A DNA stretch of 64,000 bases from the human T2T-CHM13v2.0 reference genome, Homo sapiens. Made by a program: the position numbers and the translations under genes. Shown piece by piece: positions 12,853 to 30,500 of the stretch. Below the pieces are notes generated by a model that was not told the origin of the DNA, did not search any database, and worked only from the letters and a program-made list of their open reading frames with translations. Position 1 is the stretch's first letter. The number at the start of each line of letters is the position of its first letter. The stretch lies in the NCBI RefSeq assembly GCF_009914755.1, contig NC_060937.1; one strand, given 5' to 3'.

Positions 12853-14232
12853 AGAAGCTTTTTAGTTTAATATAATACCATTTGTTTATTTTTGTTTTTC
12901 TTGCTTGTGCTTTTGAGATCTTGGCCATAAAAACTTTGCATAGACCAATGTCTTAAAGCATTTTTCCCATGTTTTCTTCTAGTAGCTTTATAGTTTTAGG
13001 TCTTACGTTTAAGTCTTTAAGGCGTTTGTGTTGATTTTTGTACTTAGTGAGAGACAGGGATCCAGTTTCAATCTGCTGCATATAGATATCCAGTTTTCAC
13101 AGCACCATTTATTGAAGAGGGTGTGTGTCCTCTCCCCAATGTATGTTCTCGGCCCCTTTGTTAAAAATCAGTTGCTGTAAGTACATGGATTTATTTCTGG
13201 GTTCTCTAATCTGTTCCATTGATGTATGTGTCTGGTTTTATACCAATACCATGCTGTTTTGGTCACTATAGCCTTGTAATATACTTTGAAGTCAGGTAGC
13301 CTGATGCCTCCTTACTCTTTTTGCTCAGGATTGCTTTGGCTATTCAGGCTCTGTTTTGGTTTCATATGAATTGTATGATTGTTTTTTCTATTTCTGTGAA
13401 AAATGACATTGGTATTTTGATACAGATATCCTTGAATCTGTAGATTGCTTTGGGTAGTATGATCATTTTAACAATGTTAATTTTGATTTGTGAGCATAGG
13501 ATGTCTTACTATTTGTTTTTGTCTTTTTAAATTTCTTTCATCAGTATTTTGTAGTTTTCTTTGTAGAAGTCTTCCAATTCCTTGGTTAAATTTTTTCCTG
13601 GGTATTTTATTTTTATTATTGCTGTTGTAAATGGGATTGCCTTCTTAGTTTAAGTGATTTCATTATTGGTGTATAGAGATGCTATTGATTTTTGTATGTT
13701 GATTTAGTATCCTGCACTTTACTGAATTAAAAAAAATAGTTCTGAGAGTTTATTTTGGATTTTGGGTTTTCTAAATATAAGATCATGTCATCTGCAAAGT
13801 GGGACAATTTGACTTCATGTTTTTCAATTTGGATGCCTTTTATTTCTCCCTCTTGCCTGACTGGTCTGCCTAGGAATCCCAGTACTGACTGCATTGAGTA
13901 GGAGTGGTGAAGGTGAGCATCTTTGTCTTGTTTCAGTTCTTAGAGGAAAGGCTTTCAATTTTTTCCCATTCACTATGATGTTAACTGTGGATTTGTCATA
14001 ATGGTCTTTATTTTGTTGAAGTATGTTCCTTCTGTGCCTAGTTTGTTTAGAGTTTTTGTCCTGAGGAGGCTTTGAATTTTATCAAATGTTTTTACTGTAT
14101 CTTTTGAGATGATTGTATGGTTTTTGCCCTTTGTTTGTCCATGTGATGTATCACATACTGATTTCTAAATGTTGAACCATTCTTGCGTCTCTGGGATAAA
14201 TCCCACTTGATCATGGTGTCTTATGTTTTCTG

Positions 14233-14597
14233 GTTTTGTTTTTGTTTGAGATAGGGTCTTCCTGTGTTGCCCAGGCTGGAGTGCAGTGGTGCGGACATGA
14301 CTCGCTGCAGCCTCAACCTGCTGGGCTCAGGTGATCCTCTGGCCTGCAGTGGTGCAGACATGACTCACTGCAGCCTCAACCTACTGGGCTCAAGTGATCC
14401 TCTGGCCTGAGCCTCCTGAGTAGCTGGGACCACAGGTGTGCATCACCACGCCTGGCTAATTTTTTTTTTTTTTTTTTTTTTGAGACTGGGTCGCACTTTG
14501 TTGCACAGGCTGGTCTGAAACTCCTGGGCTTAAGAGATCCTTCCACCTTGGCCTCCCGAAGTGCTGAGATTACAGGCATCAGCCACTGCACCCAGCC
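14233..14597 (-). repeat. AluJ with a 63-bp internal tandem duplication
   Basis: Alu consensus; duplicated unit 14282-14344 / 14345-14407. Confidence 0.9.
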
Positions 14598-15856
14598 GGT
14601 GTCTTACCTTTTTGTCAAGCTATTGGATTCATTTGCTAGTATTTCGTTGAGGATGTTTGCATCTGTGTTCATCAAAGACATTGGCCTGTAGTTTTCTTTC
14701 TTTGTTGTGTCCTTGTCTGGTTTTGGCTTCAAGGTAATTCTGGCCTCATAGAATGAGTTAGGGAGAATTCCCACCACTTCAGTTTTTGTAATAATTTGAG
14801 GAGAGTTGGTATTATTTCTCTTTTATATGTTTGGAAGAATTTGGCAATGAATCCATCCAGTCCTGGGCTTTTCTTTGTTGGGAGACTTTAATTACTGATT
14901 TAATCTTGTTACTGGTCTATTCAGGTTTTCTGTTTCAGCCTTGGTAGGTTCAGCCTTGGTAGGCTGTAGGTTTCCAGGAATTTATCCATTTCCTCTAGAT
15001 TTTCCAGTTTGTTATTAGATAGCTATTAATAATAGTCTTTGGGGGATTTTTTTATATTTCTTGGGTATGAGTTACAATATTTCCTTTTTGTTTCCGATTT
15101 TGATTATTTGGGCCTTTTCTCGTTTTTTTCTTGGTTAATCTAGCTTGTGGTTTATCAATTTGTTTATCTTTTCGTAAAACCGACTTTTTGTTTTGTGATC
15201 CCTTGCATTGTTTTTTTAGTCTCAATTTCATTTAGTTCTGCTGTGATCTTTATTTTTTTTTCCTTCTACTAATTTTGGGTTTGTTCTTCCTTTTCTGGTT
15301 TCTTGGGATGCATGTTAGATTGTTTATTTGAAATCTTTTTTTTTATATATGTGTTTATTGCTACAAAGTTTCCTCTTAGCACTGCTTTGGCTGTATTCCA
15401 TAGGTTTTGGTATGTTGTGTTTCCATTTTCATTTGTTTCAAAAAAATTTTTTTATTTCCATCTTAATTTCTTGACAGAGTTTTCATGTATTTGTATAGTT
15501 TCCAAAGTTCCTCTTGGTATTGTTTTCTAGTTTTATTCCAATGTGGTCTGAGAAAGTACTTACATGATTTTGATATTTAAAAATTTGTTGATACTTATTT
15601 TATGGCCTAATATACGTCTGTCCTTGAGAATGTTGCATATGCTGATGAGCAGTATGTATATTCTACTGTTTTAGGGTAACATGTTCTGTGAATGTCTGTT
15701 AAGTCTGTTTGGTCTAAAGTTCAGTTATAGCCAACTTTTTTTGTTGATTTTCTGTCTATATGATCTATGTAATGCTGAGAGTGGGGTATTAAAGTCCCCC
15801 ACTATTATTATCTTGGAGATTGTCTTTCCTTTTATATCTAATAATATTTGCCTTAA

Positions 15857-16306
<450 letters not shown>

Positions 16307-17595
16307 TAAATACGTTTTATTTAAATATAGCTATTCTTGTTTGCTTTAGGTTTCCATTTGCGTGGAATGTCTTCTGTCCCTTTACTTTTAGTCTTCGTGT
16401 GTCTTTACAAGTGAAGGAAGTTTCTTGTAAGTGCCATATAGTTAGATCCATTTTTTAAAAATCCATTCAGTCAGTCCTTTAAGGGGAAAATTTAATCTGT
16501 TTAAATAACCTTGAAAAGTTATTACTGATATGTGAGATTTCATCCTGGTCATATTGTTTGTTGTTTTCTGGATGTTTTGTATATCCTTTGTTCCTTTCTT
16601 TTTCTCTTATTGTTTATCTTTTTGGTTTGGTGGTTTTCTGTAGTGGTAACATTTGAATCCTTTCTCATTTGTGTGTTTGCTCTACCAGTGAGTTTTATAC
16701 GGTGTGTTTTCATGACAGTAGATATTGTCCTTTTGCATCTAGGTTTAGGACTCCCTTAAGCATTTCTTGTAGAATTGGTCTAGTGGTGATGAACCTGTCT
16801 GGGAAAGGCTTTATTTTTCTCCTTCATTTATGAAGGATAACTTTGCTGGGTGTAGTATTGTTGGTTGACAGTTTTCTCTTAGCACTTTGAGTATATCATT
16901 CCATTCCCTGCAGGCCAGTAAGGTTTCTGCTGAGAAATAATCCCGATAGTCCAATGGGGTTTCCCTTATAAATGACTAAATGTTTTTATCTTCTGTTTTC
17001 AGAACTTTCTCCTAGTTTTTGACTTTTGACAGTTTGATTGCTATGTGCCATGGAGAAGTCCTTTTTGAACTGTATCTATTTTGGGTTATCTGAGCTTTCT
17101 GTCTATCGACGTCTAAATCTTTTGCTAGACTTGGGATGTTTTCAGCTATTATTTTGTTAAGTAAGTTTTTTATCACTGTGGTTTTCTCTTTACCTTCTGT
17201 GACAACAAAAATTCAAATATTTGGTTACTTTATGGAGTTCTGTGTGTCATGTAAGCTTGTTTATTCTTTTTCATTCTTTTTTCTTTATATTTTTCTGATT
17301 GGCTTATTTCAAAGGACCTGTCTTCAAGTTCTGAAATTGTTTGTTCTGCTTGCTGTCGTCTATTGTTGAAGCTCTTTTTTTTTTTTTTAATTATACTTTA
17401 AGTTTTAGGATACATGTGCACATTGTGCAGGTTAGTTACATATGTATACATGTGCCATGCTGGTGCGCTGCACCCACTAACTCGTCATCTAGCATTAGGT
17501 ATATCTCCCGATGCTATCCCTCCCCCCTCCCCCCCACCCCACAACAGGCCCCAGAGTGTGATATTCCCCTTTCTGTGTCCATGTGATCTCATTGT

Positions 17596-21437
<3,842 letters not shown>

Positions 21438-21485
21438 TTATTTTGCTCGTTAGTTGATGCAGTTTCTTCCTAGTCTCGATGGTCT

Positions 21486-22490
21486 TTACATTTTGGCATG
21501 ATTTTGCAGCGGCTGGTACTGGTTGTTCCTTTCCATGTTTAGTGCTTCCTTCAGGAGCTCTTGTAGGGCAGGCCTGGTGGTGACAGAATCTCTCAGCATT
21601 TGCTTGTCTGTAAAGGATTTTATTTCTCCTTCACTTATGAAGCTTAGTTTGGCTGGATATGCAATTCTGGGTTGAAAATTCTTTTCTTTAAGAATGTTGA
21701 ATATTGGCCCCCACTCTCTTCTGGCTTGTAGGGTTTCTGCTGAGAGATCCGCTATTAGTCTGATGGGCTTCCTTTTGAGGGTAACCCGACCTTCCTCTCT
21801 GGCTGCCCTTAACATTTTTTCCTTCATTTCAACTTTGGTGAATCTGACAATTATGTGTCTTGGAGTTGCTCTTCTCGAGGAGTATCTTTGTGGCATTCTC
21901 TGTATTTCCTGAATCTGAACGTTGGCCTGCCTTGCTAGATTGGGGAAGTTCTCCTGGATAATATCCTGCAGAGTGTTTTCCAACTTGGTTCCATTCTCCC
22001 CATCACTTTCAGGTACACCAGTCAGACGTAGATTTGGTCTTTTCACATAGTCCCATATTTCTTGGAGGCTTTGCTCATTTCTTTTTATTCTTTTTTCTCT
22101 AAACTTCCCTTCTCGCTTCATTTCATTCATTTCATCTTCCATCGCTGATACCCTTTCTTCCAGTTGATCGTATTGGCTCCTGAGGCTTCTGCATTCTTGA
22201 GCCTTGGTTTTCAGCTCCATCAGCTCCTTTAAGCACTTCTCTGTATTGGTTATTCTAGTTATACATTCTTCTAAATTTTTTTCAAAGTTTTCAACCTCTT
22301 TGCCTTTGGTTTGAATGTCCTCCCGTAGCTCAGAGTAATTTGATCGTCTGAAGCCTTCTTCTCTCAGCTCGTCAAAGTCATTCTCCATCCAGCTTTGTTC
22401 TGTTGCTGGTGAGGAACTGCGTTCCTTTAGAGGAGGAGATGCGCTCTGCTTTTTAGAGTTTCCAGTTTTTCTGTTCTGTTTTTTCCCCAT
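21486..22490 (-). CDS. L1 ORF1p (334 aa, open, with a 4-aa in-frame deletion in the coiled coil)
   Basis: ORF track MGKKQNRKTGNSKKQS...LQNHAKM. Confidence 0.93.
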   Translation of the reverse strand: MGKKQNRKTGNSKKQSASPPLKERSSSPATEQSWMENDFDELREEGFRRSNYSELREDIQTKGKEVENFEKNLEECITRITNTEKCLKELMELKTKAQECRSLRSQYDQLEERVSAMEDEMNEMKREGKFREKRIKRNEQSLQEIWDYVKRPNLRLTGVPESDGENGTKLENTLQDIIQENFPNLARQANVQIQEIQRMPQRYSSRRATPRHIIVRFTKVEMKEKMLRAAREEGRVTLKRKPIRLIADLSAETLQARREWGPIFNILKEKNFQPRIAYPAKLSFISEGEIKSFTDKQMLRDSVTTRPALQELLKEALNMERNNQYQPLQNHAKM

Positions 22491-23395
22491 CTTTGTGGTT
22501 TTATCTACTTTTGGTCTTTGATGATGGTGATGTACAGATGGGTTTTTGGTGTGGATGTCCTTTCTGTTTGTTAGTTTTCCTTCTAACAGAGAGGACCCTT
22601 AGCTGCAGGTCTGTTGGAATACCCTGCCGTGTGAGGTGTCAGTGTGCCCCTGCTGGGGGGTGCCTCCCAGTTAGGCTGCTCGGGGGTCGGGGTCAGGGAC
22701 CCACTTGAGGAGGCAGTCTACCCGTTCTCAGATCTCCAGCTGCGTGCTGGGAGAACCACTGCTCTCTTCAAAGCTGTCAGACAGGGATATTTAAGTCTTC
22801 AGAGGTTACTGCTGTCTTTTTGTTTGTCTGTGCCCTGCTCCCAGAGGTGGAGCCTACAGAGGCAGGCAGGCCTCCTTGAGCTGTGGTGGGCTCCACCCAG
22901 TTGGAGCTTCCCGGCTGCTTTGTTTACCTAAGCAAGCCTGGGCAATGGCGGGCGCCCCTCCCCCAGCCTCGCTGCCGCCTTGCAGTTTGATCTCAGACTG
23001 CTGTGCTAGCAATCAGCGAGACTCCGTGGGCGTAGGACCCTCCGAGCCAGGTGCCGGATATAATCTCGTGGTGCGCCGTTTTTTAAGCCCGTCGGAAAAG
23101 CGCAGTATTCGGGTGGGAGTGACCCGATTTTCCAGGTGCTGTCCGTCACCCCTTTCTTTGACTCAGAAAGGGAACTCCCTGACCCCTTGCACTTCCCAAG
23201 TGAGGCAATGCCTCGCCCTGCTTCGGCTCGCGCACGGTGCACGCACCCACTGACCTGCGCCCACTGTCTGGCACTCCCTAGTGAGATGAACCCGGTACCT
23301 CAGATGGAAATGCAGAAATCACCCGTCTTCTGCGTCGCTCACGCTGGGAGCTGTAGACCGGAGCTGTTCCTATTCGGCCATCTTGGCTCCTCCCC
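22491..23395. promoter_or_regulatory. L1 5'UTR: CpG-rich sense promoter (YY1 site intact) and antisense promoter pointing toward DNAJC3 exons 5 onward
   Basis: High CpG density ~22940-23390; CAAGATGGCCG on - strand near 23380; antisense promoter activity is established for primate L1 5'UTRs but unknown for this copy. Confidence 0.75.
22945..23253 (+). CDS. L1 antisense ORF0, C-terminally extended form (102 codons), translation unproven
   Basis: gcaATGGCGGGCGCC start; MAGAPPPASLPPCSLISDCCASNQRDSVGVGPSEPG... is the ORF0 N-terminus; frame open to TGA at 23253. Confidence 0.6.
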   Translation: MAGAPPPASLPPCSLISDCCASNQRDSVGVGPSEPGAGYNLVVRRFLSPSEKRSIRVGVTRFSRCCPSPLSLTQKGNSLTPCTSQVRQCLALLRLAHGARTH

Positions 23396-25744
23396 TGAAG
23401 CTCTTAAGTGTATTTTAAAATTTCATTCAGTGAATTCTTTAGTTCCAGTATTTGTCTGATTCTTTTTAAAAATGATATGTATCTCTTTTATACATTTTTC
23501 ATTCATACCCTGGATTGTTTTTCTAATTTCTTTGTATTGTCTATCTCTGTTCTCTTATATCTCCCTGAGCTTATTTAGTGTCATTATATTGAATCATTTT
23601 TCTGGTATTTCACAAATTTCTTTTTCATTGGAATCTGTTGCTGGAGAGTTATTGTTTTCTTTTGGAGGTGTCATATTTCATTGCTTTTTCATGTTTAAGT
23701 TCTCATGTTGATATTTGTGCATCTGTTAATAATGTAACTGTCATGTCTTTGAATTTTTTGGATTTGTTTTTGTAGGAGAGGACTTTTTCCTTAAGATGTG
23801 TTTGTGATTTTGGTTGGGTAGAGCACTTTGGCTTTGATTCTTGGTGTATGTAGTAGTATAGTCTCCATATAATTTGGCTGGCTGTAATCAGTGTCAGTGG
23901 TATCTGTGATTTCTTCAGTGGCTTAGGGTGCAGTTGTTATTGGAAGCTGTTTTGTAGTTTTGCTGGGGATGGGGATGTCAGATAAGCCAGTTCTTGGGCC
24001 CTAGTGGGGGCAATAACAGGCCAAACATGCCTAACTTAGGGCTTCAAGGTGGCGTATGCTGGCATTTATGTTAGTGGGTCCACGTGGACCAATTCTTGGG
24101 CTTCCGGGTGGCCTACTTTGGTACGGGAATGGCAGCAGTGGATTGGACAGGTGGGTGGGTCCGTGGGTCCCTGGGCAGCAGTTGTGGCCTGGGCAATGAC
24201 AGTAGCATTGGTGGGACAACCCTTTGGATCCCAGCTGGTCTGAGGTGGTCTTGGCGATGGCTACACTGTGTTGAGTGGGGCAGTCCCAGGCCACAGGTGG
24301 TGTGTCCTGGTGTATGCTACTGTGGTGGCATGGCAAGCTGGGTGGGCTCACCCTCAGGCTCCAGGAAGGAGTGCTCAGGTGCCAATGGGTATAGACTGGG
24401 CAGAGAAATCCTCAGGCCCCAGGATAGTGTGCTTGGGCACTTGGGCAGAGGCAGGGGTAGTGAGCCATGCCAGGCAGAACTATCCTCAGGCCCTTCCAGT
24501 GATGTGTACAGGTGCTGGCTGTGGTGGGTAAGGGTGGGGTGATCCCCAGACTTTCAGTGAAGTGCTTGGGTGGAGGCAGCAGTGGCTGTGCTGCAGTCCT
24601 GCTACTGGGTAAGGCGGGGATTTTTTCAGTGGCAGCAGCTGTAGGCAGGTGGCTGGGGAGCACACACTTTGTCCCTAGGTGGCGGCTGCTGGCAAGAGAG
24701 CCTGTGCTCAGTACATTTTAAAATGTGTAGCAATCCTTCTCCTGGGGTGGTGGGCTTGCTGCTAGTGTCTTGTGCTTGGCTCTGGTGGCAGCAACCAGCT
24801 ACAGTGGCATCTGCAGGTGGGGGATGTCAATGGGGCACAATGGATGTGGAGATGCAGAAACTGTGGGGTGGGCCCCAGGGCAGGATGCTGCCTGGTAAGG
24901 GCTGTATTCTTACAGAGGCACCATGTTGTAGGTGCATAGGACTTGGAAGGTGTGTAGGATCCAGTGTGATCTCCTTCTTTGAAGCAATGCCATCATGCAG
25001 TCTCCATGCAGCTGGTTACTTTCAGGGCCCACAAGGGTTGAGAGGATCTCCAGCTAGGATTGGAGGAGTCCACAGTGGCAATGTGGACTGCTGGGGGTCA
25101 CTTACTTACTTTTTCCCCACATTCAGAGCCTCTTTGGGCTCTTATCCCAGCCAAGCAGGCTGCCTCACTTCTCTCTTCTTCTTCTTCTTAGGTGTTTCCT
25201 GTTCCTTCTCTGTTGGGACTCCAGCGTTCTCTCCTAGATGATCTATACTTGCTATTTTGGTTCTTCCTTATGAAGAAGGTGACTTTCAGATGCCTCTCGT
25301 CAGCCATCTCTGAATGCCTTCCTCAGTCTTTAAATTTGATGAAGTTCAATTTGTTGATTTCCTTTTTACTTCTGTGGACTGTGCGTTTGGTGTCATGTCT
25401 AAGAAGTATTCACTACGCCGTAGGATCTAAAACTTTTCTCATATCTTCTAAAAGTTTTATGGTTTTGTGTTTTATTTTTAAGCCCATAGTCTATTTGAGT
25501 TAATTTTTGTATGATGGTATGAGGTTTAGGTCGAAGTTCATTTGTTTTGCCTTTAGGTATCAGATTGCTTCAGCACCATATTTTGAAAAGACTTTGTTTC
25601 TTTCATTGAATTGCTTTTGCACCTTATTCAAAAATCAGTTGGCTGTACTTTTATGGGACTATTTCTAGGTTCTTTATTCTGTTCCTTTGATCTGTGTGTC
25701 TGTCCCTTTGTCATTCCTGCACTCTGTTGATTACTATAGATAGT

Positions 25745-26456
<712 letters not shown>

Positions 26457-27879
26457 TAAAGTGATTCTTCTTTTGTTCTTTGTCAAAATTGTTTTAGATA
26501 TTTTAAGGTTGGTGTCTTTCCATATACATTTTAGAATAAACTTGTCTGTGTTTATAAAAAGTCTTGAGATATTTGGTTAGGAGTCGTAATAAACTTACAG
26601 ATTAATTTGGGGAGAATTGACACCTTTATTATGTTGAGTCCAGTGCATGAACATAGTAGGGATGTCTCCATTTGTTGAGGTCTCCTTCAGTATTTTTCAT
26701 CAGCAATTTTTAATTTAATATACAGATACTGTATGTGTTTTTTACATTTTTTTAAAAAGTGTATACCTAAGTATTTTATATTTTTACTGTGATTGTAAAT
26801 GGTATGTTTTAAATTCCAACTTTTGCATGGGATAATATTTTTGTGATTATTTCATAGGAAAGTACTCACCTTGTACTTAATTCTATGAGAGAAATCTTAG
26901 TGGGCATTCAGATGGGAGACCAAGTTAAATTTCAAAACTACAAGTCATTTTTAAAAGTTATATTAAAACAATTTTGTATGCATGTAAGAATAATTATAAT
27001 TAGATTGGATTTGGTTTAGAGAAAAATACAAGCACAGGATTCATATATTTCAGAATCATTTTATGTTAAGCTTTGTTTGAAGTAAATTTAGGGTACCTGG
27101 AATAGTTTGTCCAAACTCATTGTAGGACTTAAAATTCAGATTAACAATTGGCAAATTCATATGTATGTACTTTGATCAATATGTATAGTCCTGCTCAAGG
27201 ACGGTAGAGAGGGAGACACAGGGTCATGGAATTGGAATGCTGAGAAAAATTTATTTAACATATTAAAAAATTGATTAAATTTTAAGCATTCGGAACCTTG
27301 ATTCCACAGGACAGAAGATAAAAGAATATTATCAGGCAGGTAACACAAGAAATACAAATTCAAAATCAGTGCATACAGTGCGCAGTCTTCCAAATGAAGA
27401 GATGAATGTTAAAACTATTCAGAGACCACTGGTCATTAAGTTGAGCAAAAATCAAGACGTATTTTACAGCGTAATATTGATAGGTCTTAAAGGAAATGTT
27501 TTCAGTCATATAATATGTTGACACTGCAAACATAAGCAGAGCTTTTGCGGTACAGTCTGGCATTAAGTATTACGAGAGAAAAACATTTTGCCCAGAGACA
27601 CTTACTGGGGCTCTATTTGCTCTGGAAACTATTAGAGAATGTTGTATCTATATAATAGAATAATATTCATTAATAAGAATTATTTAAGGTTTGGTTTATA
27701 AACTTGGGCATACATAATAATGTCAATTAAATGGCAATATAAAAATTGTAAATGTTGATAACTACATAAAATTTTTATGTCTGTTAAATTAATATGATAT
27801 GAATGACAATTATTTGAAGTTTCTAGCTCTTTTCCCTTGTGAGAGTTGTCAGAATCAAAATGAAGTCACTTGTATTAAA

Positions 27880-28356
27880 TTCTAACAAAAAATAAATAAA
27901 GCCAGGAGGTTAAGAAGGGAGCTCTCACACACGTCTATCGTAAGAACTGCTACAAAGCATCTCTGAAGGGCTCTTCTGCACATATGCCTGTAATAAGAAC
28001 TTTTGCCAGCAGTCCCTGCATCTCTACATCCATGGAGCCCCATTGACATTCCCCACCTGCAGCGGCCACTGCAGCTCAAACTGCAGCTTGCTACGTGAGT
28101 CACAAGGATAGCTAGCTGGATGCATAAGAACATTTGACTGACACAGTCTCCCCTGTATCCAATGTTCTCTTTGTTTTCAAACAAATTCCTTATGCTTTTC
28201 CCTTTTGCCTTTAAAAGCTTCTCCTGGCTTCAACCTGTTTGGATATGCCTGTGGTCCCTATAGCCCTCATATGCTGGATTTGCAAATCCCCTGCACACTC
28301 CAGAATAAACTCAGTTCAATAAACTCTTTGAAGAATGCTTGTTATTTAGGTTGACA
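27880..28356 (+). mobile_element. ERV1 MER4/MER34-group-like solo LTR
   Basis: TTTAAAA box, AATAAA, and terminal TTATTTAGGTTGACA typical of this group. Confidence 0.6.
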
Positions 28357-28419
28357 CTCTTTTGTAAAGTTGTATTCAATACACTTTGAAGAAAAAAGAA
28401 AAGCTTTGGAACAAGAGGT

Positions 28420-28680
28420 AGGAACCTTGAGTTTTAGATTTGACTTTGTACTTCAGCCATGGTTTGTGCAGCACTCACCATGTACTGGGTGTGTTGCTGA
28501 GTGGTTTGCATGGATTATTCCACCTCTAGGGGCAGAGGACTGCTATATTCGTAGTCTCAGTTTACAGCAGAGGAAATTGAGGCTTAGAGCAGTTTAGTAA
28601 CTTGCTCAAGATTACACCAGTAGTTGGCAAGTAGGTTTTAGATTCCAGGGCCTGCACTCTGAAGCACTGCGCTGTTCTGC
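28420..28680. mobile_element. MIR SINE
   Basis: tttacagcagaggaaattgaggcttagag...taacttgctcaagattacac core. Confidence 0.75.
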
Positions 28681-29714
28681 CCTCTGTTATAATTAGTAAT
28701 TGTCCATATGCATCCTTTGAAGATGACTTCTGTAGAATATGGGCACAGGTCTCAACTGTATGGACAGTTTTACAAAGTGCAGAATAGGATAGTTGCTACT
28801 ATCTGCATAAATGTAAGAACATACATATTTGCTTGAATGTGGATAAAATACCCCTGGAAAGATATGCAAGAAACTGATAACACTGATTACCTTCTGGAGG
28901 AAGATTACACCATGTGACCTTATTACCTTCTCAAAAAAAGTGTAAAGTGTAGACTTTATACATTTTGTGTAAGTGGCCTTGAAAGTTCTTGCCTTCTAAG
29001 GACCTTATTTTCCTCATTGTGAAGTGTAGAAGTTGAATAGATGACATATTCCTATCTTTATTGTTGATACTATATAATGGATGATTTCTGAGTCTAGTTT
29101 GAAAAGATCAAATTTATGTTATGCCTATTTTATATTTACCAATTACAGGATTCTTATACTTTAATTTTTGAAGATTTGTGAGTATAAATGATATATAAAA
29201 GTTTGATTGTTTTATATGTTCTTGGTTAAATGAGCTTTTTGTGTAATGATCATTTACCAGGCTATAAAATGTACTAAGCATTTCATCTTACTAATGTGGT
29301 GCTGGATACAGCCAGGTGGATATGTTTAGCTACATTTTATATAAAAGAACAAAAATTTGAATAGGTGTAATCTCTTTCTGGGCTCCAGTGAGAATCTCAT
29401 TCTTTATTATGTACTGTATACTGATTACTCAGCTGGGGTGAGGGTTGCCTGCATAAAAGTATCTCCTCAGGTTCATAATTGCTGTCTTAGTCTTAAATTG
29501 GATTTGACTTAGTCTTAATCTATTCTTGGTCTTCATTGTTTACTATATATTTGCTATTCATGCTTTGGGCTTACGTGGATAATATTTAAATTTAGGCAGT
29601 TTTCCATGAGATCCAAATATAAAAAAGCAACGATAAATTTAAATAGTCATTTCATATAACTTAGATCATTTAATTTGTCTTTGAGCTGTCAGTTACTCTT
29701 AATCAGTGCATACA

Positions 29715-30500
29715 ATCATTTGTTAGTTCAGTGAGCATTTGAGTGCATGTTCTTTGCAAAGAAGCTAGTCTCTGCCTTCCAAGAAATGATACTAGAGTAA
29801 GAATTAATCAGGCAAATATGATATATGATAAGTGTGTGATTGAGTCCTCTGGGAACATATGGAAGGGTCATCTAACTTAACTGGGGGAGGAAGGGTCTGG
29901 ATTCAAGAAGGGCATTCCTAAAGGAGGTTACTTGCTTGAAATCTGAATTTTAAAAGGATGCATCCGTGTAAGCAAGGTGGGTAGGAGGACCATCCAGGGC
30001 AAAGGTGAGAGCCTGTGTAAGAATCAGAGGCAAGCATGTGCCTGTCATTTAGGAAATGTCCAGTAAGCTGGAGTATGAGACTCTTGACAGGCATGTGGGG
30101 GATCGTGATTATAAGGAGGACATTATATAGTGCCAGGAATTGGCTCTTTATGGCCATTGAAGGTTTATGTTGGAAGTATTATGAACAGTTTTTTGCTTAG
30201 CGTGATCGACTGGTTGCTCTGAAGAATGGATTGGAATAAGACAAGGGGAGAAGCAGAGAGTCTGCTAAATGAGACTGTTGCAGTAAATAAGTAATCCAAG
30301 TGTAACCTTACAGTGGTCAAAGAGTAGGCTAATGTAGGTGGGGTAGACGTTTAGGAGGTCGGCTCTAGAGAGATTCATTGGTTGGGGTGATAGGAAAAAA
30401 AGGAATTATGATATCCAGGTTTCTGGATTGTTCAAATTGTCCATGCTATTCCCTGAGATAGTCCAGAGAAAAATCATTTAGGGGAGAGGGACAGGTAGAG
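29715..30500 (-). mobile_element. L2 fragment
   Basis: Purine-rich + strand with L2 motifs (gaaatctgaattttaaaaggatg; ccaggtttctgg). Confidence 0.55.

Noticed and set aside
23041-23140. Canonical ORF0 donors splicing in frame to exon 5
   Set aside because: Phases 1 and 2 do not match phase-0 exon 5; the second would fit only exons 7 or 8.
24031-25241. Several 100-190 aa ORFs
   Set aside because: They lie in the GC-rich 5'UTR of the old L1, where stop codons are scarce; no recognisable protein.
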